Below are positions 9,797 through 18,613 of a stretch of 64,000 nucleotides of DNA, piece by piece. A model generated the notes under the pieces. It saw only the letters and a list, made by a program, of their open reading frames with translations. It was not told the origin of the DNA and did not search any database. Location of the stretch: NCBI GenBank assembly GCA_017501665.1, contig JAFVWM010000038.1:3100-67099 (forward strand). Direction: 5' to 3'. Made by a program: the position numbers and the translations under genes. This DNA is from Alphaproteobacteria bacterium. GTDB lineage: Bacteria > Pseudomonadota > Alphaproteobacteria > RF32 > CAG-239. Position 1 is the first letter of the stretch, and each line of letters opens with the position of its first letter.

Positions 9797-10377
9797 AAGA
9801 GTTGGTTATTGCTTCACACAATAAAGGGAAAATAGCTGAGTTTGAAAACTTGTTGGCTCCGTATGGGGTAAAAATTTATTCAGCTAAAGACTTGGATTTA
9901 CCTGATGTAGAAGAAACAGGAAAGACTTTTGCCGAAAATGCTATTATAAAAGCGGAAGCACTGGCTGAAATGTGTAATAAGCCCTGCTTGGCTGATGATT
10001 CCGGTTTGTGTGTTGATGCTTTGGACGGAAGACCAGGTGTATATTCGGCAAGATATGCGCCAAACAGAGATTTTGATAAAGCAATGACAATGCTGATAGA
10101 TGAAATTAAGACAACCCGAAGTAAAGATTGGTCGGCTCATTTTTCTTGTGTTTTGGCATTGAAGATTCCCGATAAAAAAGTTGAGCTTTTTGAAGGAAGA
10201 GTTGACGGTAGAATCGTTGAACAAAGAAGGGGTGAAAATGGTTTCGGTTTTGATCCTGTTTTTGTGCCAAACGGATTCGATGTAACTTTTGCCGAAATGA
10301 GTGCTGATGATAAAAAGAAAATTTCGCACAGAGGTCAAGCGGTAGAAAAGTTTTTGCAAAAGGTGTTTAATGGGTAA
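9790..10377 (+). CDS. rdgB: dITP/XTP pyrophosphatase (Ham1 family)
   Basis: ASHNKGK, ETGKTFAENA, ADDSGL, FGFDP, SHRG; conserved rph-rdgB pairing. Confidence 0.95.
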   Translation: MLKELVIASHNKGKIAEFENLLAPYGVKIYSAKDLDLPDVEETGKTFAENAIIKAEALAEMCNKPCLADDSGLCVDALDGRPGVYSARYAPNRDFDKAMTMLIDEIKTTRSKDWSAHFSCVLALKIPDKKVELFEGRVDGRIVEQRRGENGFGFDPVFVPNGFDVTFAEMSADDKKKISHRGQAVEKFLQKVFNG

Positions 10378-13258
10378 AATTTTTAATGTTTCATCTTCCA
10401 ATTGTTTTGTAGAAATTTTAGCTGAGAAGTTGTTGAATGACTATCAAAACAATATACTTGAGTTATCAAAGGTTTTGATTTTGTTGCCGAATCGTCGTGC
10501 GCAAAGATCGTTGTCCGATGCTTTTGTGAAGCTTAATGGTATGACGCCGACTTTATTACCTCAAATGCGGGCAATAGGAGATGTCAGCGAAGATGAGATT
10601 ATGCTCAGTGGGCAAAATGTGCAAAATGAATTTGTTAATTTGCCGGAAGTTATAGATCCCAAAGAACGAACCATGCTTTTTATGCGTCTTATCATGAGCA
10701 GATATAAAGATTTTGGTTTGGAAAAAGTTTCTTTATCTCAGGCTTGTTCCTTAGCATTGGAATTGGGCGGTTTGATAGATACCGCACAGATGTACGGGCT
10801 TGATTGGAGTAATTTAAAAAATTTAGCTCCGGAAGAATATGCGGAACATTGGCAAGAAACATTGAGGTTTTTGGAAATTATAACTCAATATTGGCCGAGT
10901 ATTTTGCATGAACGCGGTGTTATTGATGCGAGTGAGCGTAAAAATAAACTGATAAACATTCAATGTAGTATTTGGCAAGAGCAAAAGCCGTTACAAAGAA
11001 TCATTATTGCCGGTACAACAGCTGTTTCGCCGGCAATGAAAAATTTGGTAAAAACCGTACTTGATTTAGAAAACGGAGAAGTTTGGTTGGCCGGACTTGA
11101 TAAAGAGCTTGAAGAAGAATCTTTTGAAATAATTGATGAAACTCATTCGCAGTATGAATTAAAGCAACTTCTTGATTTTTTGGAAATCAAAAGAAATGAA
11201 ATTGAAGATGTGGTTGAAAGTGTTAACAGACCGCGAGAAAAGCTTATTAGTGAAATTATGCGACCGGCCATATCCAGTGATAAGTGGTTAGAGCTTGAAG
11301 GTGTTTTAGAAAAAGGCACGTTTGATGGCATAAAAGTCGTTGAGTGCGACGATTTGCGCCTTGAATCAATAGCAATAGGAATAATGATAAGAAAAGCTTT
11401 AGAAGAAAAAGAAAAAACTATTGCCTTAGTGACACCGGACAGAAATTTAGCTCGAAGAGTTGCTTGTGAATTAAAACGTTGGAATATAGAAGTTGATGAT
11501 TCTGCAGGTATTCCGTTATCATTGACGCCATGGGGTGTTTTTATGCGTTTGTGTGTAACAGCGGTCTTATCAGACGTTTCGCGAGAAAAAATATTGGCTT
11601 TAATGAAAAGCAAAATTTTTACTATGGGAAAAGACAAGTCAGAAACAGAAGATGCTGTGACTTGTTTGGATAAGCTGTTGTGGCGAAATGATGAAAAAAA
11701 TGAACAGGCCGAAAAGTTGTTGGCAGATTTTTATGAAAAAGCAACAAAATTTGTTAAATTGCTAAAGGATGAAAAGGCTTTGTTAAAAGATATTTTAACG
11801 GAACATATTTTGTTTGCTGAAAGCTTGGTTTGTGACAATGTTTTGTCCGGGGAAGAAAATCTTTGGAAAGGTGATGACGGACAAATCGGTGCCGGTTTTA
11901 TGGCTGATTGGATTGCAAAGGCTGATGTTTTGGGAGAGATAGAAACAAAAGAATATTTGCAACTTTTTGAAACTATGATGTCTTATATTATGGTAAGAAG
12001 AACAAGAAATACTCATAATAGGGTTAGAATTTTAGGTCCTATGGAAGCGCGACTTAATCATTATGATGAAATTATTTTGGGAAGCTTCAATGAGGGTATG
12101 TGGCCATCATCACCAAAGGCTGATCCGTGGATGTCGCGTCCGATGAAAAAAGATTTCGGTTTCGAATCACCGGAAAAGCAAATAGGTGTGTTGGGTTTGG
12201 ATTTTGCTAATTTATTAGGAGCAAAAAATGTTTGTATTACCAGAGCTAAAACAAATAATGATACACCTACCATAAAATCTCGTTGGTTAATGAGGCTTGA
12301 AACCATAATTCAAGCACTTAAATTTGAACAAAAATATTTATACGATAATGAGATAGCTAAGCTGGCAAAACTTTTGGATAAAGAAAGCGGGTATTATAAA
12401 ATAGAAGCACCATGTCCAAAACCGCCGGTAAGTGCAAGGCCCAGAAAAATGTCAGCCAGTGCTTTTGAAAAATTGCTTCGTGATCCCTACGGAGTATATG
12501 CCGAATATATCTTAAAATTAAAACCTTTGGAAGCTTTGAATAAAGAAAAAGATATGCGCGATTTCGGTAATTTGGTACATAATGTTTTGGAAGAATTTAA
12601 TAAAGCATATCCTTCTTGTTTGCCTGAAAATACAGCTGATGTTTTAATAAAAATGGTAAGAAAAGCCTTTGCAAAAAGTGATATGCAAAAAGAAAAATTG
12701 TCTTTTTGGGTTCCAAAAGCAGAAAAGATGATGGCTTGGGTGGCAAAAGAAGAAGAATCTTATCGCCATGAGGTTGAAAAGGTAAATAATGAAGTTTGGG
12801 GCAGTTTTTGTATTGATGATTTGCCTGGTGGAAAATTTGAAGTTTATGCCAGAGCCGACAGAATCGATAAACTGATCGGTGGTAAAGTTAATATAATTGA
12901 TTATAAAACAGGTTCTGCAAGAACGAAAAATGAGGTAAAAAAAGGTTATGCGCCACAGCTTCCGATAGAGGGTTTAATAGCAGAAAGAGGCGGTTTTGAT
13001 GGAGTTGAAAAAGCTAAGGTCGATTCTTTGATGTATTGGAAACTCGGCGATAAAAAAGTTTGTGTTGCCGAAGATATTGACGATATTTTACATAAAACAG
13101 AAGCACATATCAGAGAAGTTGTAAATTTATTTGATTTTGAAACTACCGGATATTTAAGCAGACCGAATCCGAAAGAAGTTCCGGAGTATTCTGACTATGA
13201 GCATTTGGCAAGGGTAAAAGAGTGGTCGGTCGTTGATGAGGAGAGTGATAATGATTGA
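10370..13258 (+). CDS. addB: Double-strand break repair protein AddB
   Basis: LLPNRRA, ALVTPDRNLARRV, C-terminal PD-(D/E)XK nuclease RADRID..IIDYKTG; lies upstream of addA. Confidence 0.92.
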   Translation: MGKIFNVSSSNCFVEILAEKLLNDYQNNILELSKVLILLPNRRAQRSLSDAFVKLNGMTPTLLPQMRAIGDVSEDEIMLSGQNVQNEFVNLPEVIDPKERTMLFMRLIMSRYKDFGLEKVSLSQACSLALELGGLIDTAQMYGLDWSNLKNLAPEEYAEHWQETLRFLEIITQYWPSILHERGVIDASERKNKLINIQCSIWQEQKPLQRIIIAGTTAVSPAMKNLVKTVLDLENGEVWLAGLDKELEEESFEIIDETHSQYELKQLLDFLEIKRNEIEDVVESVNRPREKLISEIMRPAISSDKWLELEGVLEKGTFDGIKVVECDDLRLESIAIGIMIRKALEEKEKTIALVTPDRNLARRVACELKRWNIEVDDSAGIPLSLTPWGVFMRLCVTAVLSDVSREKILALMKSKIFTMGKDKSETEDAVTCLDKLLWRNDEKNEQAEKLLADFYEKATKFVKLLKDEKALLKDILTEHILFAESLVCDNVLSGEENLWKGDDGQIGAGFMADWIAKADVLGEIETKEYLQLFETMMSYIMVRRTRNTHNRVRILGPMEARLNHYDEIILGSFNEGMWPSSPKADPWMSRPMKKDFGFESPEKQIGVLGLDFANLLGAKNVCITRAKTNNDTPTIKSRWLMRLETIIQALKFEQKYLYDNEIAKLAKLLDKESGYYKIEAPCPKPPVSARPRKMSASAFEKLLRDPYGVYAEYILKLKPLEALNKEKDMRDFGNLVHNVLEEFNKAYPSCLPENTADVLIKMVRKAFAKSDMQKEKLSFWVPKAEKMMAWVAKEEESYRHEVEKVNNEVWGSFCIDDLPGGKFEVYARADRIDKLIGGKVNIIDYKTGSARTKNEVKKGYAPQLPIEGLIAERGGFDGVEKAKVDSLMYWKLGDKKVCVAEDIDDILHKTEAHIREVVNLFDFETTGYLSRPNPKEVPEYSDYEHLARVKEWSVVDEESDND

Positions 13259-16200
13259 TTTTGCACAGCAAAAAAAAGATATAATTGCTCAAGCTTCACA
13301 TCAACAAAGACTGGCTTCGGATCCGAAATCTTCGGTATGGGTTGAGGCTTCGGCGGGAACAGGAAAGACAAAAGTTTTATCGGATAGAGTTTTGCGATTG
13401 ATGCTTGACGGGGTGTTGCCTTCAAGAATTTTATGTTTGACTTATACAAAAGCGGCTGCCGTTGAGATGAATAATCGTATTGCCGAAAAATTGAGTAAAT
13501 GGGCGGTTGCAGATAAAGAAAGACTGATAAAAGACTTAGAAAATCTGTTAGGTAAAACAATATCGGAAAATGATGAAATATTGTCAAAATCTCGTCGATT
13601 ATTTGCTTTGTTGTTGGATACTCCCGGTGGTGTAAAGATTCAGACAATTCACTCATTTTGCCAAGAAATATTAAAAAGATTTCCTCTAGAGGCAAAAATT
13701 TCGCCGTATTTTGAAGTTATGGATGAAAGAAGCTCAAGAGATGCTCTTTCCGATATTAAAAAAGATATGCTTAATAATAATTCAAGTAAAGAAGTAGCAG
13801 AAGCTTTGAGTTTTTTGATATCGGCTTCAGGTGAATATAAATTTCCTCAAATAATGGAAACAATTACAGATCAGAGAAATTTGATTGAAGAATGTTTGTT
13901 GAAATCATCATCGATAGAAAATCTTACGGATAAAATTGCTTCAAAATTTGATATAAAAAAGGATGATTCTTTAGAAAATGCAGAGATTGAGTTTTGGCAA
14001 AGTTCAAATTTTGAAAAATTACCGATAATCATAAAAGCATTAGATGCCGGCACAGAAAACTCGGCAAAAAAAGCTATTGCTTTGGCAAAGGCTTGCGATG
14101 AAAAAAATTTGAGTGATTTTTTGCATATATTTTTAACCGAAGAAGGAAAAGCCAGAGCTAAAATTTTGGTAAAGGATTCAATAGCGCGTTTTCCCGAGGC
14201 TGAGAAATATTGCGACGATTTTATAAAGTTGTGCTTAGATTTTCTAGAAAGAATGAGAACAATTAAGCTTTTTTTATCAACCAAGTCAGTTTTAATTTTG
14301 GCCAATGAAATGCTTGAGAAGTATCATAATTATAAAAAACTGCATTCAAAGCTTGATTATAATGACCTGATTGTAATTACCAAAAAAATGTTCGAATCGC
14401 CTAAAGTTGCAGAATGGATTTTGTATAAATTGGATGGCGGAATCGACAATATATTGATTGATGAGGCTCAAGATACTTCGCCGGAACAATGGGCTATTGT
14501 AAAGTCGATAACTAAAGAGTTTTTCTCGGGAAAAGGTAATCACGAAAAAGAGCCTACGGTTTTTGTGGTGGGTGATAGAAAACAGTCAATTTATTCTTTT
14601 CAGGGTGCGGATCCGGCAGAATTTGAGAAAATGCATGGATGTTTTGAAGCGGAAGCAAGTAATTTTAAGACAGTAAATATGGAGGTTTCGTTTCGTTCGA
14701 CAGCAGCAGTTTTAGATACGGTAAATACAGTATTTGACTTTGATAAGGCAAAAAAGGGTGTTATTCCAGAAAATCAAAATATAAAACATATGCCGGCCCG
14801 AATAGGTGATGGCGGAAGGGTCGAATTGTGGGAACTTGTTGAACCGGAAGATAATGATAACAATGACAAAATATGGCTTCCTCCGGTAGAAAGAATCGGT
14901 GTTGTTTCTCCGTCGGCTAAATTGGCCAACAAAATTGCCGAAATAATAAAGGAAAAAGTAACAAAAGGTGAGTTACTGAAATCTAAAGGACGAAAATTGC
15001 AGTATGGTGATTTTTTGATTTTGGTACAACGACGCTCAGCTTTTGTTGAAGAAATGGTCAGAGCTTGTAAAAATATCGGTGTAAATATTGCCGGAGTGGA
15101 TAAAATAAAACTAAACGAACAAATAGTTGTTGCTGATTTGTTGTCTTTGGCTAAGTTTGTATTGTTGCCTGATGATGATTTGAATTTGGCTTGTTTATTA
15201 AAATCTCCGTTGTTCGGTTTAAATGATGATGACTTGTTTAATTTGTGCTATAAACGAGGATGTGATTCCGTATGGAAACGGTTGTTGAATAATGTTCACT
15301 ACGAAGAACAGGCTGAACAATTAAAAGAGTTATTGCTTGTAGCTAAGGATGTCAGACCATTTGAGTTATTTTGTTATGTTTTAAACAATTTTGAAGGGCG
15401 AAAGAAATTTGTTGAGCGTTTGGGACGTGATTGTGAAGACGCAATAGATGTTTTTGTGAATTTAAGCATGAGTTTTGAAAAAGATCATATTCCGTCATTA
15501 CAACTTTTTGTTGAATGGATGGAGGCTGATGAAGCTGAAGTAAAACGTGATTTGGAACAAAATGATAATAATGCGGTACGGCTGATGACCGTACATGGTT
15601 CAAAAGGTTTGCAGGCGCCAATAGTGATTTTACCGGATGCTACCAGAGTTAAGGGAGTAAGCAAAGAGGCGAGATTATTTAAGGATAATGACTTGTTGCT
15701 ATATCCGTTGAATAAAGAATGTTATAATGAAAAGTGTAATGATTTAATAGAGAAAGAAAAGGAGCTTGCTTTAGAAGAATATCATAGGCTTTTGTATGTT
15801 GCTTTGACTCGAGCAGAAGAATGCTTGTGTGTTTGCGGTTTTAAGAAAAAGAATAAACCAAACAGCGAATCTTGGTACGAAATTGTTAAAGAAGCTTTTG
15901 CAAAGATTGCGCTTGAGGATAAAAATTTTGGTTTGGTTTATGATGTTGAACAAAGAATAGAACCGGAAAAATTTGAAAAAAAAGAGGAAAAGGTTTGGGA
16001 TGTTGTTGTTGAAGAATGGCTAAAAAAACCGGCAAAAGATGAAGAGCGGTTAGCAAAGCCGTTAACACCGTCACATCAGGAAGAAACTTTAGTAGCGGCT
16101 ATTTCGCCATTGGCTGAAAATAATAGTGAGAAACTATATGCCAGAGGAAAGATAATTCATAAAATGTTGCAATTTTTGCCTTTGGCAGAAGAAAAAACAC

Positions 16201-16604
16201 GAGAAAAGCTGATAGATGCGTTTTTAATAAAGCAAGTGTCTGAGTTTGATGATGTGGAAAAGGACAGGATAAAAAAGGAAGTTTTAGAGCTTTTAAATAA
16301 TAGTTCTTTTGCACCGTTGTTCAGTAAAGATTCGGTGGCAGAGGTTGCATTGATGGGGGTTGTCGGAGAGCATATTATTTCGGGACAAATTGATCGTTTG
16401 GTTGTTTGTGATGACAAGGTTATGATTGTGGATTATAAAACGAATCGTCCGGCAGCTGAAAGATTAGCGGATGTGCCTCAGGTTTATATGAAACAAATGA
16501 GGTCGTACAAACAATTGGTTCAAAAAATATATCCCGATAAAAAAATTGAAGCTTTTATTTTGTGGACCAATACGGCAAAAATTATGAAGTTAGATAATCT
16601 ATGA
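13251..16604 (+). CDS. addA: Double-strand break repair helicase/nuclease AddA
   Basis: VEASAGTGKT, LIDEAQDT, VGDRKQSIYSFQGA, MTVHGSKGL, GQIDRL..DYKT. ATG at 13251 follows GAGGAG. Confidence 0.94.
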   Translation: MIDFAQQKKDIIAQASHQQRLASDPKSSVWVEASAGTGKTKVLSDRVLRLMLDGVLPSRILCLTYTKAAAVEMNNRIAEKLSKWAVADKERLIKDLENLLGKTISENDEILSKSRRLFALLLDTPGGVKIQTIHSFCQEILKRFPLEAKISPYFEVMDERSSRDALSDIKKDMLNNNSSKEVAEALSFLISASGEYKFPQIMETITDQRNLIEECLLKSSSIENLTDKIASKFDIKKDDSLENAEIEFWQSSNFEKLPIIIKALDAGTENSAKKAIALAKACDEKNLSDFLHIFLTEEGKARAKILVKDSIARFPEAEKYCDDFIKLCLDFLERMRTIKLFLSTKSVLILANEMLEKYHNYKKLHSKLDYNDLIVITKKMFESPKVAEWILYKLDGGIDNILIDEAQDTSPEQWAIVKSITKEFFSGKGNHEKEPTVFVVGDRKQSIYSFQGADPAEFEKMHGCFEAEASNFKTVNMEVSFRSTAAVLDTVNTVFDFDKAKKGVIPENQNIKHMPARIGDGGRVELWELVEPEDNDNNDKIWLPPVERIGVVSPSAKLANKIAEIIKEKVTKGELLKSKGRKLQYGDFLILVQRRSAFVEEMVRACKNIGVNIAGVDKIKLNEQIVVADLLSLAKFVLLPDDDLNLACLLKSPLFGLNDDDLFNLCYKRGCDSVWKRLLNNVHYEEQAEQLKELLLVAKDVRPFELFCYVLNNFEGRKKFVERLGRDCEDAIDVFVNLSMSFEKDHIPSLQLFVEWMEADEAEVKRDLEQNDNNAVRLMTVHGSKGLQAPIVILPDATRVKGVSKEARLFKDNDLLLYPLNKECYNEKCNDLIEKEKELALEEYHRLLYVALTRAEECLCVCGFKKKNKPNSESWYEIVKEAFAKIALEDKNFGLVYDVEQRIEPEKFEKKEEKVWDVVVEEWLKKPAKDEERLAKPLTPSHQEETLVAAISPLAENNSEKLYARGKIIHKMLQFLPLAEEKTREKLIDAFLIKQVSEFDDVEKDRIKKEVLELLNNSSFAPLFSKDSVAEVALMGVVGEHIISGQIDRLVVCDDKVMIVDYKTNRPAAERLADVPQVYMKQMRSYKQLVQKIYPDKKIEAFILWTNTAKIMKLDNL

Positions 16605-16639
16605 ATTTTTTCATAAATAACTTTATTTATGAAAAAATT
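16604..16639. repeat. Perfect 17-bp inverted repeat upstream of trxA
   Basis: AATTTTTTCATAAATAA-CT-TTATTTATGAAAAAATT. Confidence 0.85.
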
Positions 16640-16688
16640 ATATTATATTTAATAATTATAATAAATTTTGACTAAGAAAGGGATGATG

Positions 16689-17003
16689 ATGTTAGCAATT
16701 AAAGATGATCAGTTTGAAGCAGAAGTGTTAAAAGAAAAAGGTTTGGTTTTGGTTGATTTTTGGGCAGAATGGTGTGGCCCTTGTCGTCAACTTTTGCCGA
16801 CAATGGAAGAAATTTCTATAGAGCTGTCTGATAAAGTTAAAATATGTAAAATGAATGTGGACGAAGCACCGGAAACGCCAGCCTCTTTGGGTATAAGAAG
16901 TATTCCGTCTTTGATGATGTTTAAGGATGGTAAGCTTGTTGATTCAAAGGTAGGGCTTAATTCTAAATCATCAATCGTTGAATGGATTTTGGCAAATGCT
17001 TAG
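16689..17003 (+). CDS. trxA: Thioredoxin
   Basis: VDFWAEWCGPC active site; addB-addA-trxA synteny. The start is one of three consecutive ATGs. Confidence 0.95.
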   Translation: MLAIKDDQFEAEVLKEKGLVLVDFWAEWCGPCRQLLPTMEEISIELSDKVKICKMNVDEAPETPASLGIRSIPSLMMFKDGKLVDSKVGLNSKSSIVEWILANA

Positions 17004-17018
17004 GTAATAAGAAATGTT

Positions 17019-17045
17019 AAAGGCTCCAAAAAAGGAGCCTTTTTT
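17019..17045. terminator. Bidirectional terminator between trxA and holA
   Basis: AAAGGCTCC-AAAAAA-GGAGCCTTTTTT between convergent genes. Confidence 0.75.
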
Positions 17046-18072
17046 ATTTTAATTTTGATGCGGCGGAAAGCAAAGTCAAAATAGTATAAGTTACATATTC
17101 ATTGGTGGGAATGTGGTTGGTTTTGCAACTGCGTTCGGCTTTGTAAAGGAGCTCCATAACATCAAAAAGACGATCTTTTGACCACATATCTATCTGTCTT
17201 GCACCTGTTTTGTATCGATGAAAAAGTCTTTTGGGTAGAACTTTTTCTATGGCTTTTGAGGCTGGATCACCGTTTTCGGTAAAAGCTTTTCCTAAAAGTA
17301 AGGTGTTTGTATGATACATAAGCGCTCGAATAATTTGTATAGCTTCGGTGCCTTCTTGCAAAAGATGTTTTAATGATTTTAAGGCTTCTATTTTTTGAGC
17401 AGAAAAGGTATAATAGCATAAATCATCAGTTCCGGAAGACGATTGATCAAAAACAACTTCTAAAACATCATTCGGTTCTATATGTTTTTTTGTTCCAACA
17501 TATGTGATAAGTTTTTCTATTTCGTTGGTGTTAAACTTTCGGTCGGATGACAATCTTGAACATAAAAGCTTGAAAGCATCGGGGGTGTAGGTTATTCCTT
17601 TTTCGATTAATAAGGATCTGGTTGATGAAGTTAGGGTTTCTTCGCGGTCTTCGTAACAAGCAAAAGAAGCCATAAAATCGGAAGTATTGGCAAAAGAGAC
17701 TAGAGATGACTTGTTATTTAAATTTGCTCCGCCACAGATAATAAGCAGGCTATCTGATTTTGAATCGGGAAGAATTTCTTTTAGCATTTTTACCAGTTCA
17801 TTGTCGGCATCGCGAAGTATGATTACCCGCCTGTCACCCATAAGAGATATGGCATTATATTCTGATGATAATTTGCCGGTATCTGATTTTACTTCTTCCC
17901 AAGAAAGATTTACGGCGGAAAACGGATCGTTTAAATTCGGTGTAACGGTAAGAGCCAATTTTTTACATAACTCTGATATTAGACCTTCGTTTGTCCCAAA
18001 GAGTAAAAAGGCCTTTATTTCAGGTGAGCTTTTTTTTAGATAATTGTCAAGTTGAGCTTGTTTGAAAATCAT
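17044..18072 (-). CDS. holA: DNA polymerase III delta subunit
   Basis: AFLLFGTNEGLI, ISLMGDRRVI, EIEKLITY; leuS-lptE-holA synteny. Confidence 0.88.
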   Translation of the reverse strand: MIFKQAQLDNYLKKSSPEIKAFLLFGTNEGLISELCKKLALTVTPNLNDPFSAVNLSWEEVKSDTGKLSSEYNAISLMGDRRVIILRDADNELVKMLKEILPDSKSDSLLIICGGANLNNKSSLVSFANTSDFMASFACYEDREETLTSSTRSLLIEKGITYTPDAFKLLCSRLSSDRKFNTNEIEKLITYVGTKKHIEPNDVLEVVFDQSSSGTDDLCYYTFSAQKIEALKSLKHLLQEGTEAIQIIRALMYHTNTLLLGKAFTENGDPASKAIEKVLPKRLFHRYKTGARQIDMWSKDRLFDVMELLYKAERSCKTNHIPTNEYVTYTILTLLSAASKLK

Positions 18073-18599
18073 TGAACGATACTTTTGCTGGAATGAAAAT
18101 ATGCACCAAGTCGTAAGACAATATCGTTTGCTATGATGTTGGCGGCGTTTTCTTCACTCTTTTTTTGAGCCATTGTTGTTGAGTATGGGTTGTTTAGGAT
18201 GTTGTAGCTGACAAATGCGTAAGAATCGCCGGAAACAAGCTTTTTAGAGTTTTCATACAGAGTGTAGCTTATTGTATAATCAACTCGTTCGTTGGTGGCT
18301 GTTATGTCGTCACGCATCGCTTGTTGAGAAATGACTTTACTGTCAAGTTTTACATCCAAACGATATTTTGCGTTTGTCGGTACTCCTTTCGGAGTAAGCA
18401 AATCCAAAAGTTTGTTACGAAGTTGTTGACCAAATCTTTCGGGTATGGGGTTTATTTTAATTTGAGCCAGCTCGGTGATAACAGAATCTTTTTGATTGTC
18501 GGCAAAATGGATGTTTTTTCCGGTGTCTTGGATATATAAAGGGCGAAATCCGCAACCGTTTATAAAAACAATAAGGGCTAAAATTAAAATATATCTCAT
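18069..18599 (-). CDS. lptE: LPS assembly lipoprotein LptE
   Basis: Lipobox INGC followed by GFRPLY; sits between leuS and holA. Confidence 0.85.
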   Translation of the reverse strand: MRYILILALIVFINGCGFRPLYIQDTGKNIHFADNQKDSVITELAQIKINPIPERFGQQLRNKLLDLLTPKGVPTNAKYRLDVKLDSKVISQQAMRDDITATNERVDYTISYTLYENSKKLVSGDSYAFVSYNILNNPYSTTMAQKKSEENAANIIANDIVLRLGAYFHSSKSIVQ

Positions 18600-18613
18600 A
18601 GAGTTGTTTCCTT

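Noticed and set aside
8839..16417. Numerous 60-170 aa antisense ORFs within rph, rdgB, addB and addA (similar ones occur across the window)
   Set aside because: They are shadow ORFs opposite well-supported genes, with no motifs or RBS.
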